A program made the translations under genes and the position numbers. The notes below the pieces were generated by a model. The model did not search any database, had not been told where the DNA came from, and worked only from the letters and a program-made list of their open reading frames with translations. From sequence record SRR31156797_3442: 51,877 nt of DNA. One strand, written 5' to 3'. This document shows, in pieces, positions 10,091 through 20,689 of the stretch (position 1 is the first letter of the stretch; the number at the start of each line of letters is the position of its first letter).

Positions 10091-10981
10091 ATGGAAAAAA
10101 TATCTATTTGCCCTATTTGTAATTCTGATCAACTCGAATTTGACAGGGAAATACAGGACTACTTTTTATCCGGTGAAAAATTTCAATTAGCAAAGTGTAA
10201 TAATTGTGATTTTCTGTTTACGAACCCACGTCCTGAAAAAACACAGCTTGGGAAATATTATCAGTCTGAAGATTACTTTTCGCACAGCAAAAAGAAAAAG
10301 GGCCTCATCACTTTCCTTTATGATTCAGTAAAAAATTATTCACTTAATAAGAAATTCAATCTTATTTCACGGTTCAAACAGCCAGGAAAAATTCTGGATA
10401 TTGGATGCGCAACAGGAGAATTTTTGAATCATTTTAAAAAACATGGCTGGGAAACGAAAGGAATTGAACCGGCAGAAGAGCCCAGGAATTTCGCCATCAA
10501 AAATTATCATCTTGATGTAAAACCAGAGGAAGAATTAAATGCCTTTACTAAAGACAGTTTTGATGTAATTTCGATGTGGCACGTACTTGAGCATGTTCCT
10601 GATTTAAATGTCAGGATGGAACAAATCAGGCGACTTCTGAAAAAAGATGGTTTGCTAGTAATTGCTTTGCCGAATTATTTATCCTGGGATGGACAACACT
10701 ATCAAAATTATTGGGCAGGTTATGACGTCCCCAGGCACCTTTATCATTTTACTGAAAAATCCATCACTGAGCTTTTGGATAAGTACAATTTTTCGATGTT
10801 CAAAAAAGTGCCATTGAAATTTGATTCGTATTATGTTAGTCTTTTGAGCGAAAAATACAAATCCGGAAAATTAAATTATGCAAAAGCATTTTTTAATGGA
10901 CTAAAATCAAACAGACAAGCCCAAAAGAATGGAAATAACTTTTCGAGCCTCATTTATTTAGCAAAATTTCAAAATTCTTAA
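10091..10981 (+). CDS. Class I SAM-dependent methyltransferase with N-terminal CxxC...CxxC
   Basis: CPIC...CNNC, ILDIGCATG, FDVISMWHVLEH and DVPRHLYHF; ATG 10091 chosen because the GTG at 10004 overlaps mnmG. Confidence 0.88.
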   Translation: MEKISICPICNSDQLEFDREIQDYFLSGEKFQLAKCNNCDFLFTNPRPEKTQLGKYYQSEDYFSHSKKKKGLITFLYDSVKNYSLNKKFNLISRFKQPGKILDIGCATGEFLNHFKKHGWETKGIEPAEEPRNFAIKNYHLDVKPEEELNAFTKDSFDVISMWHVLEHVPDLNVRMEQIRRLLKKDGLLVIALPNYLSWDGQHYQNYWAGYDVPRHLYHFTEKSITELLDKYNFSMFKKVPLKFDSYYVSLLSEKYKSGKLNYAKAFFNGLKSNRQAQKNGNNFSSLIYLAKFQNS

Positions 10982-11117
10982 TTTAAGGCTTTTTGGCGCA
11001 CTATTTGGTTTCTCTGGGCGTGTATGTCGATTAAAGGAAAAAATGCTGTTAAATGCGCCTGAAATAAGTTGGTCTAAGATTCTGGTTTTTAGTTTGTTAA
11101 GTTACTTTTAAGATATT

Positions 11118-14100
11118 ATGAATAAGCAACCGATAAAAAGAAAGCATTTGAAAGTTTATTCCATTGCTTTGTTGTTGTTAATCATAATATCTATATCTCT
11201 AACATATCTATTTCAGCATAATTTTAATCCCAAAAATAAAACCGATTCCGTTCAAGAAATTATTGATCAAAAAGAGCATGAAATTTCAAACGAATTACAA
11301 TTCCTGAAAAATGAATATGACAAAAACCAGGATTCCATTTTTAACCTGCTACATCGTTATAAGCATGTTTATCATTTTAAAGGATATTTATTCAGGATTC
11401 AGGAAAATGGCAAAACATTATTCTGGTCAGATAATAAAATACCATTTGACGAAATCGACTCAGATAAAAATGAAGTTATTAATTCAGGTAATGGATGGTA
11501 TCGCAAAATCATATCCAAAGAAAGTGGTGTAACATTTGAAGGTTACTATTTGATCAAGAGAACATTCAATTATCAAAATGATTATCTCGAAAACACTTAT
11601 CACTCAAGTTATGGGCTATCCGGCTCCATAGGCTTTAATACGGACCCGGAATCGGTTTATAAAATATTTGATGAAAATCAACAGTATCTTTTTTCGTTAA
11701 CTTTTGACGAGAAAAAATCGCTAACAAATGTTGAATTAATCACACTCTTCATTCTTTACCTGCTTTGTTTTCTGTTGCTTACAGCTACAATTTATGAGTT
11801 GCATCTTGCCATTTTTAGAAAAACAAAAAAATATCACCTTTTTATATTTGGATTTGTAATAGACCTGCTTATTATCAGAACGCTGATTTTCTATTTTGAG
11901 GTACCACGAATTCTTTATCAATCAGATATATTCTCACCTTTATACTATGCTTATTCTGACCTTATTCCTTCTCTGGCTGATTTGTTTTTGCATGTTTTAA
12001 CCATAACCCTTATTTCTTTCTTCCTCTTTTTTCATCTTAAGTTCAATTATCGCAACCTCAGGAAGAATACCTTTCACAGATATTTTATTATCATCACCCT
12101 TTTTATACATGTCTTTATCTTTTTTAATGGTGTTAATTTTGTCATTGAAAGCCTCATAATTGATTCGAGCATATCACTCGATCTGAACAATCTGTTTGAT
12201 CTTTCGGTGATGAGTATTTTCAGTATTTCAATTATTTCACTCACAATATTATTATATATATTAATTGGTTCGAAGCTGGTGTTTTTTGCTTTTAAATACT
12301 GTAAAAACCTGGCTATATATGCCATAACGGCTACCTTATCATTTTTGATATATTTGGCTTTTTGCATAATTTCAGGTAATTGTAATCCATGGCCGCTCAT
12401 TTTTGTTTACGTATCTATTTTATCATTTGGCCTGTTCTTTTACAGGCACATATACCAATTCAACCTTGGAAGTATCATTTTCTATGTGCTTCTATTTTCG
12501 ATCTTCTCAACATATGCGCTTCATAATTATAATGCGCTTAAGGAAAAAGAAAACCGTAAACTTTTAGCTGTGACGCTTGCATCAGAGCAGCGAGATCCAT
12601 TGGCAGAATACCTATATCAAAATGAGTTGAACAGCATTGCGGAAGACGAGTATATCACATCGTCTTTAGAAAGGTATGGTAAAAGTTCTGCTTCGTATTC
12701 TGAACTCACCAATTATTTCGTTACAAACTATTTTAATGGTTATTGGGAAAAATATGAATGCCAGCTTACCATTTGCGCTCCCGACGACAATTTGATTATC
12801 GAACCGGAAGGGATTGAAATTAATTGTTTCATGTTTTTTGAAGATAAGATATTTAATGATGGATTTTCAACGGAAAACGAGGGATTTTACTTCATAAATT
12901 ATGGGCCGGGTGAAAATGGATATATCGCAGTAATCGACTTTTCAGATTCAACTAATCAGCACCAATTTCCAAAATTATTTGTTGAGCTTTTTCCAAAATC
13001 AAGCGGACGGGATTTAGGGTTTCCTGATTTGTTGGTCAATCAGGATATTGACAAATCCCCGGAGATTTCATCCTATTCCTATGCAAAATATCAGGGTGGC
13101 GAAATGTATAAAAGGGTAGGGGAATACGTATATAATTTCAACCTGACCAAGAAACACTTATCAGATTTTCAATTCTCATTTTATGATGAAAATGGATTTG
13201 ACCACCTTATTTATAAAGTAGATGAAAATAAAACCTTAATCATCAGCAAGCCAAATAAAAACCTGTTGGACATTCTTGCGCCGTTTTCATACCTTTTCCT
13301 TTTCTACATTATTACATTTGGTATTATATTTTTCATATTTATTTTCCCCTTCACTCGCAAAACAACCAAATTAAGTTTCAGGACCAGGGTTCAAATATCG
13401 ATCTCTTCTGTTATACTATTTTCATTTATAGTAATCGGAATATTCACTTCAATTTATATTGACAATCTCAATGAACAAAAAAACAAAGATATTTTAAGTG
13501 AAAAAACACATTCTGTTTTGGTTGAAATGCAACACAAGTTTTCGGGCACCGAGTATTTTGATGAAAGTACATCTGTTCAATTATCTGAACTCCTGGTGAA
13601 ATTTTCAAATGTGTTTTTTACGGATATTAACATGTTTGATCTAGAAGGAAGGTTAATTTCATCATCACGACCGCAGATTTACGATGAACAACTCATTAGT
13701 CGTTACATCAACCCTGAAGCATTCAAAGCACTTTCCATCGAAAACAGCTCCCTGTTTATTCATGATGAAAACATTGGGAAACAAGCGTATCTATCTGCTT
13801 ATATTCCTTTTGTTAACAGTATGGGTAATGTAATCGCCTACCTAAATCTTCCATATTTTGCAAAAGAAAATGATTTAAGAAAGGAAATATCCACGTTCCT
13901 GGTTGCTTATATAAATATCTATGTAATCCTCATCGCCATTTCAATTTTGATTGCCATTTTAATTTCAAATTATATTTCCCGACCCATTAAGATGATCATA
14001 AAAAAGATTGGGCAGGTGAAACTGGGCGGACAAAATGAAACCATCGACTGGAAACGCAAAGATGAAATTGGCCAACTGGTTGAGGAATATAACCGTATGA

Positions 14101-14813
14101 TAGACGAATTGGCCAGAAGTGCCGAATTGCTTGCCCGATCGGAGCGTGAATCGGCATGGCGCGAAATGGCCAAACAGATAGCCCATGAAATTAAAAACCC
14201 CCTTACCCCGATGAAGCTGAGTGTACAATATCTTCAGCGGGCATGGCAAAACAAGACCCCGAATTGGGAAAATCGTTTGGATAAGTTTACCCAAACCATG
14301 ATAGAACAGATTGATTCATTATCCATAATTGCTACTGAATTTTCAGATTTTGCAAAAATGCCGGTGGCTAAAAAGGAAAATACGAACCTGGTCGAAATCA
14401 TTAAAAGTTCCATAAGTCTCTTTAAAAACTACCACCAAATAACCTTTGATTTTGATTTCGATGTTAATAAGAAATTCATGGTTTATGTTGACAGGGAGCA
14501 GTTATTGAGGGCATTGAATAACCTGCTGAAAAATTCAATTCAGGCCATCGGCAATAAATCTGACGGGAAAATAAAAATTACACTGAAACAACATTACCAG
14601 GAGCATTTAATCGAAATTCACGACAATGGCGGTGGAATACATGAAGATATCGCTGCAAAAATATTTTCTCCAAACTTCACCACCAAATCCGGGGGGATGG
14701 GCCTTGGCCTGGCTATTGTCAAAAATGTAATTGATAACTCGGGAGGGGAAATTAAGTACGAATCAAATAAGAGCAGGGGCACAACTTTTACCATTGTGCT
14801 CCCCGCCGTATGA
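11118..14813 (+). CDS. Large polytopic membrane sensor histidine kinase (HAMP-HisKA-HATPase)
   Basis: Many hydrophobic segments; HAMP (DEIGQLVEEYNRM); H-box AKQIAHEIKNPLTP; N-box NNLLKNSIQA; DNGGG; FTTKSGGMGLGL. Confidence 0.92.
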   Translation: MNKQPIKRKHLKVYSIALLLLIIISISLTYLFQHNFNPKNKTDSVQEIIDQKEHEISNELQFLKNEYDKNQDSIFNLLHRYKHVYHFKGYLFRIQENGKTLFWSDNKIPFDEIDSDKNEVINSGNGWYRKIISKESGVTFEGYYLIKRTFNYQNDYLENTYHSSYGLSGSIGFNTDPESVYKIFDENQQYLFSLTFDEKKSLTNVELITLFILYLLCFLLLTATIYELHLAIFRKTKKYHLFIFGFVIDLLIIRTLIFYFEVPRILYQSDIFSPLYYAYSDLIPSLADLFLHVLTITLISFFLFFHLKFNYRNLRKNTFHRYFIIITLFIHVFIFFNGVNFVIESLIIDSSISLDLNNLFDLSVMSIFSISIISLTILLYILIGSKLVFFAFKYCKNLAIYAITATLSFLIYLAFCIISGNCNPWPLIFVYVSILSFGLFFYRHIYQFNLGSIIFYVLLFSIFSTYALHNYNALKEKENRKLLAVTLASEQRDPLAEYLYQNELNSIAEDEYITSSLERYGKSSASYSELTNYFVTNYFNGYWEKYECQLTICAPDDNLIIEPEGIEINCFMFFEDKIFNDGFSTENEGFYFINYGPGENGYIAVIDFSDSTNQHQFPKLFVELFPKSSGRDLGFPDLLVNQDIDKSPEISSYSYAKYQGGEMYKRVGEYVYNFNLTKKHLSDFQFSFYDENGFDHLIYKVDENKTLIISKPNKNLLDILAPFSYLFLFYIITFGIIFFIFIFPFTRKTTKLSFRTRVQISISSVILFSFIVIGIFTSIYIDNLNEQKNKDILSEKTHSVLVEMQHKFSGTEYFDESTSVQLSELLVKFSNVFFTDINMFDLEGRLISSSRPQIYDEQLISRYINPEAFKALSIENSSLFIHDENIGKQAYLSAYIPFVNSMGNVIAYLNLPYFAKENDLRKEISTFLVAYINIYVILIAISILIAILISNYISRPIKMIIKKIGQVKLGGQNETIDWKRKDEIGQLVEEYNRMIDELARSAELLARSERESAWREMAKQIAHEIKNPLTPMKLSVQYLQRAWQNKTPNWENRLDKFTQTMIEQIDSLSIIATEFSDFAKMPVAKKENTNLVEIIKSSISLFKNYHQITFDFDFDVNKKFMVYVDREQLLRALNNLLKNSIQAIGNKSDGKIKITLKQHYQEHLIEIHDNGGGIHEDIAAKIFSPNFTTKSGGMGLGLAIVKNVIDNSGGEIKYESNKSRGTTFTIVLPAV

Positions 14814-14819
14814 TATTAA

Positions 14820-16358
14820 TTATAGTGGAATATTTCCGTGCTTTTTCGGTGGGTTCTGCTCACTCTTATTTTGCGTCATTTCGAGTGCCTGTATCAGCTT
14901 TTTCCTGGTTTCGCGGGGATATATGATCTCATCGATGTAACCCAGCTCAGCAGCCTTATATGGACTTGCAAAAGTGTTTTTGTATTCTTCAACAGCTTTC
15001 TTTCGCTCTTCTTCGTTTAATTTACCACGATACAAAATGTTAACTGCACCTTCAGGTCCCATTACGGCTATTTCAGCGGTTTGGTATGCCAGGTTAACAT
15101 CAGCACCAATATGCTTGCTCGACATCACATCATAAGCTCCGCCGTACGCTTTTCGTGTAATAACTGTGATTTTGGGTACAGTAGCTTCTGAATAAGCATA
15201 AAGTAACTTTGCACCATGTTTGATGATTCCGCCAAATTCCTGGGCAGTACCAGGCAAAAATCCGGGAACATCCTCGAAAGTAATGAGCGGAATATTGAAG
15301 GCATCGCAAAATCGCACAAACCTGGCTGCTTTCATCGAGGAGTTGATATCCAGAACTCCGGCAAGTACTTCAGGCTGATTGGCAACTATACCAACCGAAC
15401 GACCATCAATGCGGGCGAATCCTACAATAATGTTTTTGGCATAATGCGGCTGTACTTCAAAGAAATTATGATTATCCACCACAGTGTTGATAATCTCTCT
15501 CATGTCGTAAGGTTTATTCGGATCATCAGGGACAACCTTATCCAGTTTTTCATCTATCCTGTCAGGATCATCAGTACTTGGCTTTCTTGGCGGGTCTTCC
15601 ATATTGTTTGAAGGCAGGTAGCTGATCAATTCCCTCACCATTTGCATGGTTTGTTCATCGTCATCACCTGTGAAATGAGCCACACCACTGGTTGCATTGT
15701 GCGTCATGGCGCCACCAAGTTCCTCTTTAGTAACTTCTTCGTGTGTAACAGTTTTGATCACATCCGGGCCGGTAACAAACATGTAGCTTGATTTCTTCAC
15801 CATAAAAATAAAATCAGTGATAGCCGGTGAATATACTGCTCCGCCAGCACAAGGTCCCATAATTGCAGAAATCTGCGGAATTACTCCGGAAGCTTTTGTA
15901 TTCAGAAAGAATATATCTGCATAGCCTGCCAGACTTTGAACGCCTTCCTGTATGCGTGCTCCGCCTGAATCGTTCAGGCCAATAACCGGTGCACCCATCT
16001 TCATGGCAAGTTTCATGATTTTTACAATCTTATCGGCATTGGCACGTGAAAGAGTTCCTCCAAAAACTGTAAAATCCTGGGCAAAAACATAAACCATTCG
16101 CCCGTCGATTTTACCGTAACCGCTAACTACACCGTCACCCAGAATCTTATTGTTTTGCATGTTGAAATCGGTGGCACGGTGGGTCATGAATTTATCCATT
16201 TCAACGAACGTTCCGGGATCAATTAAATCTGCAACTCTTTCCCTTGCGGTTTTCCTGCCGGCGTTATGCTGACGGTCGATGCGTTCTTTTCCACCGCCCT
16301 GCTCAGCGATTTTATCCTTTAATTCAAACTGCTTAATTTTTTCTTCCAAAGTAGCCAT
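14820..16358 (-). CDS. Acyl-CoA carboxylase carboxyltransferase beta subunit (PccB/MmdA family)
   Basis: [38 protein letters not shown] and KKHGNIPL motifs. Confidence 0.95.
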   Translation of the reverse strand: MATLEEKIKQFELKDKIAEQGGGKERIDRQHNAGRKTARERVADLIDPGTFVEMDKFMTHRATDFNMQNNKILGDGVVSGYGKIDGRMVYVFAQDFTVFGGTLSRANADKIVKIMKLAMKMGAPVIGLNDSGGARIQEGVQSLAGYADIFFLNTKASGVIPQISAIMGPCAGGAVYSPAITDFIFMVKKSSYMFVTGPDVIKTVTHEEVTKEELGGAMTHNATSGVAHFTGDDDEQTMQMVRELISYLPSNNMEDPPRKPSTDDPDRIDEKLDKVVPDDPNKPYDMREIINTVVDNHNFFEVQPHYAKNIIVGFARIDGRSVGIVANQPEVLAGVLDINSSMKAARFVRFCDAFNIPLITFEDVPGFLPGTAQEFGGIIKHGAKLLYAYSEATVPKITVITRKAYGGAYDVMSSKHIGADVNLAYQTAEIAVMGPEGAVNILYRGKLNEEERKKAVEEYKNTFASPYKAAELGYIDEIIYPRETRKKLIQALEMTQNKSEQNPPKKHGNIPL

Positions 16359-16384
16359 AGTCCTGATTTTCTCTGTTCTTAATA

Positions 16385-16891
16385 TTATTCAACTACTACT
16401 AAAGTTTGGTTACCGTCTACGGTATCACCTTCTTTAACAAGGATTTCTTTAACAATCCTGTCCTTTTGAACCTTATACTCACTTTCCATTTTCATGGCCG
16501 AAACCACAATTACCGTGTCGCCGGCTTTTACTTCATCACCAACCTTAACGGGGATTTTTACCACTTTACCCGGCATCGGACTAACAATTTTCCTGATATC
16601 ATCAAGCTCATCTCCACTCCTGTTTTTCAGGTATTTCGCTTCGGCATCAATGATCTCAACATCATAAGAATGATACAATGTATTCACATTATAATGTCGG
16701 ATATCATCTTTTTCGATCAACTCAAGGTTATATGAAACATTGTCATGAATCACTGAATAAACCCCCTGCTCCACCATTATCGCATCCAGCTTAAACAGCT
16801 GTCCATCAACTTCAATTTCATAAAAATTTCCATCATGCTTATTTAATTCAACTTTTGCTGTTCTATCGTTTATTTGAATTTCCAGTGACAT
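16385..16891 (-). CDS. Biotin carboxyl carrier protein with N-terminal extension
   Basis: SPMPGKVV and the biotinylation motif AMKM near the C-terminus. Confidence 0.93.
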   Translation of the reverse strand: MSLEIQINDRTAKVELNKHDGNFYEIEVDGQLFKLDAIMVEQGVYSVIHDNVSYNLELIEKDDIRHYNVNTLYHSYDVEIIDAEAKYLKNRSGDELDDIRKIVSPMPGKVVKIPVKVGDEVKAGDTVIVVSAMKMESEYKVQKDRIVKEILVKEGDTVDGNQTLVVVE

Positions 16892-16908
16892 ATCCGAAGC
16901 AATTAAAT

Positions 16909-18423
16909 TTACAATTTCATTAATGATTTCCTGCGTCCAAAATCTTTCCAGGCATCTCCTTTACTGCTTTCATCATCAGATGAACCATGACTTACTTTGT
17001 CGATACGGTTTTTATAATGAATGTAAGCTGCAATCAGAGCAATGTCCTGGCATTTATCACCACATGGTTGTTTTTCCATAAGGAATTCCATGTTCTTCTC
17101 GATGAAGTGTGTGTTGTAATTTCCGCTTTTAAAATCCTTGTTTTCCATTATTCTGGCAAGGAATGGGATGGAGGTTTTTACACCGGTTATTTTATAGGCA
17201 TACAAAGCTCGTTTCATTCTCGAAATAGCTTCATCACGGGTCCTTGCCCAAACAATCAACTTCGAGATCATCGGATCATAATGGATCGGTATCTCGTATC
17301 CTTCGTAAACATACCCGTCATGACGCACACCCAGTCCGAGCGGTTCTGTGATGTGCTTGATGACGCCCGGTGAAGGCATAAAATTTTTATCCGGATCTTC
17401 TGCATAAATCCTGCATTCAATGGCATGTCCCAATTGTTCAAGTTCATCTTGCTTGAGGGTAAGTTTTTCACCCTGGGCAATTTTTATCTGTTCCTTCACC
17501 AGATCAACCCCAACAACACGCTCCGTTATCGGGTGTTCCACCTGAAGCCTGGTATTCATCTCCAGAAAATAATAGTTCAGATTATCGTCCACGATGAATT
17601 CGATGGTACCGGCTCCGTGGTAATTTACGGCCTTTGCTGCCGCCACTGCATGCTCACCCATCTCTTTTCTGATGGCATCATTCATAAGTGGCGATGGTGT
17701 TTCCTCGATCACTTTTTGATGCCGTCGCTGCACCGAACATTCACGTTCAAACAGGTGAATGGTGTTTCCGAATTTATCGGCAAGTATCTGAAACTCGATG
17801 TGGTGTGGTGATTCGATATATTTTTCGATATATACAGCATCATCACCAAAAGATGCTTTAGCTTCTGATTTTGCCGAACGTATTGCACTCAATACATCTT
17901 TTTCATTTTTCACGAGGCGCATACCTTTTCCACCGCCACCGGCCGAAGCTTTAATCATTACCGGAATACCAATTTCCTTTGCTTTTTCAAGTGCACGTTG
18001 CTCATCCGTGATTGGCTCTGTAGTTCCAGGAACCACAGGTACGCCTGCATCTATCATCCTTTTCCGGGCAGTAATTTTATCGCCCATACTGGTAATTGCA
18101 AATGCATCCGGGCCAATGAAAATTAATCCTTCATTTTTACAACGATCTGAAAAACCGGCGTTTTCTGAAAGAAATCCATAACCCGGATGAATGGCATCAG
18201 CACCTGATTGTTTTGCAACTTCTATGATTTTCTCAATTTTCAGATAGCTTTCGGTGGAAGGAGATGGCCCAATATGGTAGGCCTCATCAGCATATCTTAC
18301 ATGCATCGAAGTGCGATCAGCATCTGAGTATACTGCTACCGATCTAATTCCCAATTCCCTGCATGAACGCATCACGCGAATGGCTATCTCACCGCGATTT
18401 GCAACCAATACTTTTTTTATCAT
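16909..18423 (-). CDS. accC: Biotin carboxylase subunit
   Basis: KVLVANRGEIA, HPGYGFLSEN, GGGGKGMR, ERECSVQRRHQK and FLEMNTRLQVEH motifs. Confidence 0.95.
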   Translation of the reverse strand: MIKKVLVANRGEIAIRVMRSCRELGIRSVAVYSDADRTSMHVRYADEAYHIGPSPSTESYLKIEKIIEVAKQSGADAIHPGYGFLSENAGFSDRCKNEGLIFIGPDAFAITSMGDKITARKRMIDAGVPVVPGTTEPITDEQRALEKAKEIGIPVMIKASAGGGGKGMRLVKNEKDVLSAIRSAKSEAKASFGDDAVYIEKYIESPHHIEFQILADKFGNTIHLFERECSVQRRHQKVIEETPSPLMNDAIRKEMGEHAVAAAKAVNYHGAGTIEFIVDDNLNYYFLEMNTRLQVEHPITERVVGVDLVKEQIKIAQGEKLTLKQDELEQLGHAIECRIYAEDPDKNFMPSPGVIKHITEPLGLGVRHDGYVYEGYEIPIHYDPMISKLIVWARTRDEAISRMKRALYAYKITGVKTSIPFLARIMENKDFKSGNYNTHFIEKNMEFLMEKQPCGDKCQDIALIAAYIHYKNRIDKVSHGSSDDESSKGDAWKDFGRRKSLMKL

Positions 18424-18462
18424 ACATCACTACGCTTTAGTGAGCTAATTTTCAATACAATG

Positions 18463-18470
18463 CAAAACTA
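18463..18470 (-). promoter_or_regulatory. -7 promoter element (TAGTTTTG) for the carboxylase operon
   Basis: TAnnTTTG about 40 nt upstream of accC. Confidence 0.6.
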
Positions 18471-18633
18471 ATTTATTTTCATTATTGAGAATAAATTTAA
18501 ATTAATGTTAATTGTTTAACAATGAACGACTGTTGAAAATCAATCAGGTAGCATATAATTGGTTATGTTAAATTAATTTAAACATCAACAAAAGCTGGCA
18601 TTAACGTCTACATTCGTAATAAACAAATTGATT

Positions 18634-19704
18634 ATGGATAACCAAAATACACTTATCTATATTCCTGATATATCGGGATTTACCAACTTCGTAAATCAAA
18701 CTGAGATTACACATAGCAGTCATATTATTTCGGAATTACTCGAAATTTTAGTCGATGCAAATGATCTCGGATTAAGCGTTTCAGAAATCGAAGGCGATGC
18801 GATTCTTTTTTACAAGCAACAAAACATTCCCACACTTGAAGATCTGATCAACCTTTCAGAAAAAATGTTTACGAATTTTCATACACATCTAAAACTGTAT
18901 GAGCATGAACGTATTTGCAGATGTGGTGCCTGCAGAACTGCCAGCAATCTGAGCCTTAAATTTATCATTCATACGGGAGACGTTAACCTGATTTCGGTTG
19001 GAAACCACCAAAAGTTACACGGCAGAGATGTGATAACTGCACATAAACTTTTAAAGAATGACATCGATTTACAAGAATATGTTTTAATTACCAATGCCTT
19101 CGACAATGAGATCAATTCCATGGCAGCATCCAATCAAAATATCAAACCGGAAAAGGGCAGTGCTGTGATCGATGAACAAAATTTCTCTTATCGGTTTATC
19201 GACCTAAATCCACTTCTTTCATCTATTCCTGAAGGAAAACCCATATCCATTGATTTGTCAAGAAATTCTATACGCTCTAAAAAGATCACCATCAATAAAC
19301 CCATCGATGAGGTTTATTTCACAATTCACGATTTTGAACAACGTATGAAATGGAATCCAGGCATCAAATCGATGATACTCAAAAATGGCAATCTCAACAA
19401 ATCAGGCGTTATCCATCAATGCATTGTTGACCAGAATACCCTGGATATAAAAACCGTTGGCCGGGTTGAAACCAATGATACAATAACCTATGCGGAAAGA
19501 GCTGAAAATGTGTTTGTTTTTAAGCAAATTATACAGGCTTTTAATTTAAAAAATGAAGCCGGAAAAACCTTGATTTATATCGAAACGGATTTCAAAATGA
19601 AAGGAATCATGTTCCTGCTTAAACCACTTTTCAGCATGACGTTAAAAAAGCAAACCACAAAAACCCTTGAACAACTGCGCCAATTTATTGAAGGAAAATC
19701 ATAA
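18634..19704 (+). CDS. DUF2652-like (class III nucleotidyl cyclase-like) protein with probable C-terminal SRPBCC/START-like domain
   Basis: IPDISGFT and EIEGDAILFY acidic motifs, CRCGAC and LKFIIHTG; C-terminal INKPIDEVYFTIHDFEQRMKWNP and a terminal amphipathic helix. Confidence 0.72.
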   Translation: MDNQNTLIYIPDISGFTNFVNQTEITHSSHIISELLEILVDANDLGLSVSEIEGDAILFYKQQNIPTLEDLINLSEKMFTNFHTHLKLYEHERICRCGACRTASNLSLKFIIHTGDVNLISVGNHQKLHGRDVITAHKLLKNDIDLQEYVLITNAFDNEINSMAASNQNIKPEKGSAVIDEQNFSYRFIDLNPLLSSIPEGKPISIDLSRNSIRSKKITINKPIDEVYFTIHDFEQRMKWNPGIKSMILKNGNLNKSGVIHQCIVDQNTLDIKTVGRVETNDTITYAERAENVFVFKQIIQAFNLKNEAGKTLIYIETDFKMKGIMFLLKPLFSMTLKKQTTKTLEQLRQFIEGKS

Positions 19705-19711
19705 ATATTTG

Positions 19712-20689
19712 CTAAATCAGACCGATCTTTTTTGAAATTTCCAACATCCGGTCGATGGGTTTTCTGGCCCTTTCAATCACATCATCAGGAAGAATAATTT
19801 CAGGCTTTCCGGTGTTCATGCAGTTGTACAATTTCTGCATGGTATTCATTTTCATGTAAGGGCAATCATTGCACGAACAGGTTTCGTCGGTAGGAACAAT
19901 GATAAACTCTTTCTCTGGTGAATCCTTTTGCATCTGGTGGATGATACCGGTTTCGGTGGCAACAATATATTTTTGCGCATCATCCTTATGCGTGAAATTA
20001 AGCATGGCAGTGGTTGAACCAACGAAATCTGCAAGTTCCAGAACAGGAGCCTGGCATTCGGGATGAGCAATCAATTTTGCATCTTTGTTTTCAGCCCTCA
20101 ATTTCACAATAGCTTCAGTCGAAAGAATATCATGCACCTCGCAGGTCCCATCCCACAAAACCATATCTCTGCCGGTAACCCGGTTTACATAGCCTCCCAA
20201 ATTTTTATCCGGTGCAAAAATGATTTTTTGATCCTTAGGAAAGGATTCAACAATTTTTACAGCATTACTTGATGTGCAAATAACATCCGACATGGTTTTG
20301 ATGGCAGCGGAGCAATTGATGTAGGAAATAACAATATGATCCGGATACTTCTCTTTGAATTTTGCAAAATCAGCCGGCGGACACGAATCAGCCAGAGAGC
20401 AGCCAGCTTCCATATCAGGCAAAACAACTTTGGTTTTCGGATTCAGAATTTTTGCTGTTTCGGCCATGAAATGTACCCCTGCAAAAACAATCATTTTAGC
20501 ATCCGTTTCAACGGCTTTCTGCGCCAAACCCAAACTATCGCCAATGTAGTCAGCCACATCCTGGATTTCAGGAACCTGGTAAAAGTGCGCTAATAAAACA
20601 GCATTTTTTTCTTTTTTCAATTGCTCTATTTTTGCTGCAAGATCGGCATTTTCTGAAACATTGTTCACAGCTGTTTTAGTTGAATTCAT
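19712..20689 (-). CDS. nadA: Quinolinate synthase
   Basis: [38 protein letters not shown] and CPYMKMNT motifs. Confidence 0.97.
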   Translation of the reverse strand: MNSTKTAVNNVSENADLAAKIEQLKKEKNAVLLAHFYQVPEIQDVADYIGDSLGLAQKAVETDAKMIVFAGVHFMAETAKILNPKTKVVLPDMEAGCSLADSCPPADFAKFKEKYPDHIVISYINCSAAIKTMSDVICTSSNAVKIVESFPKDQKIIFAPDKNLGGYVNRVTGRDMVLWDGTCEVHDILSTEAIVKLRAENKDAKLIAHPECQAPVLELADFVGSTTAMLNFTHKDDAQKYIVATETGIIHQMQKDSPEKEFIIVPTDETCSCNDCPYMKMNTMQKLYNCMNTGKPEIILPDDVIERARKPIDRMLEISKKIGLI

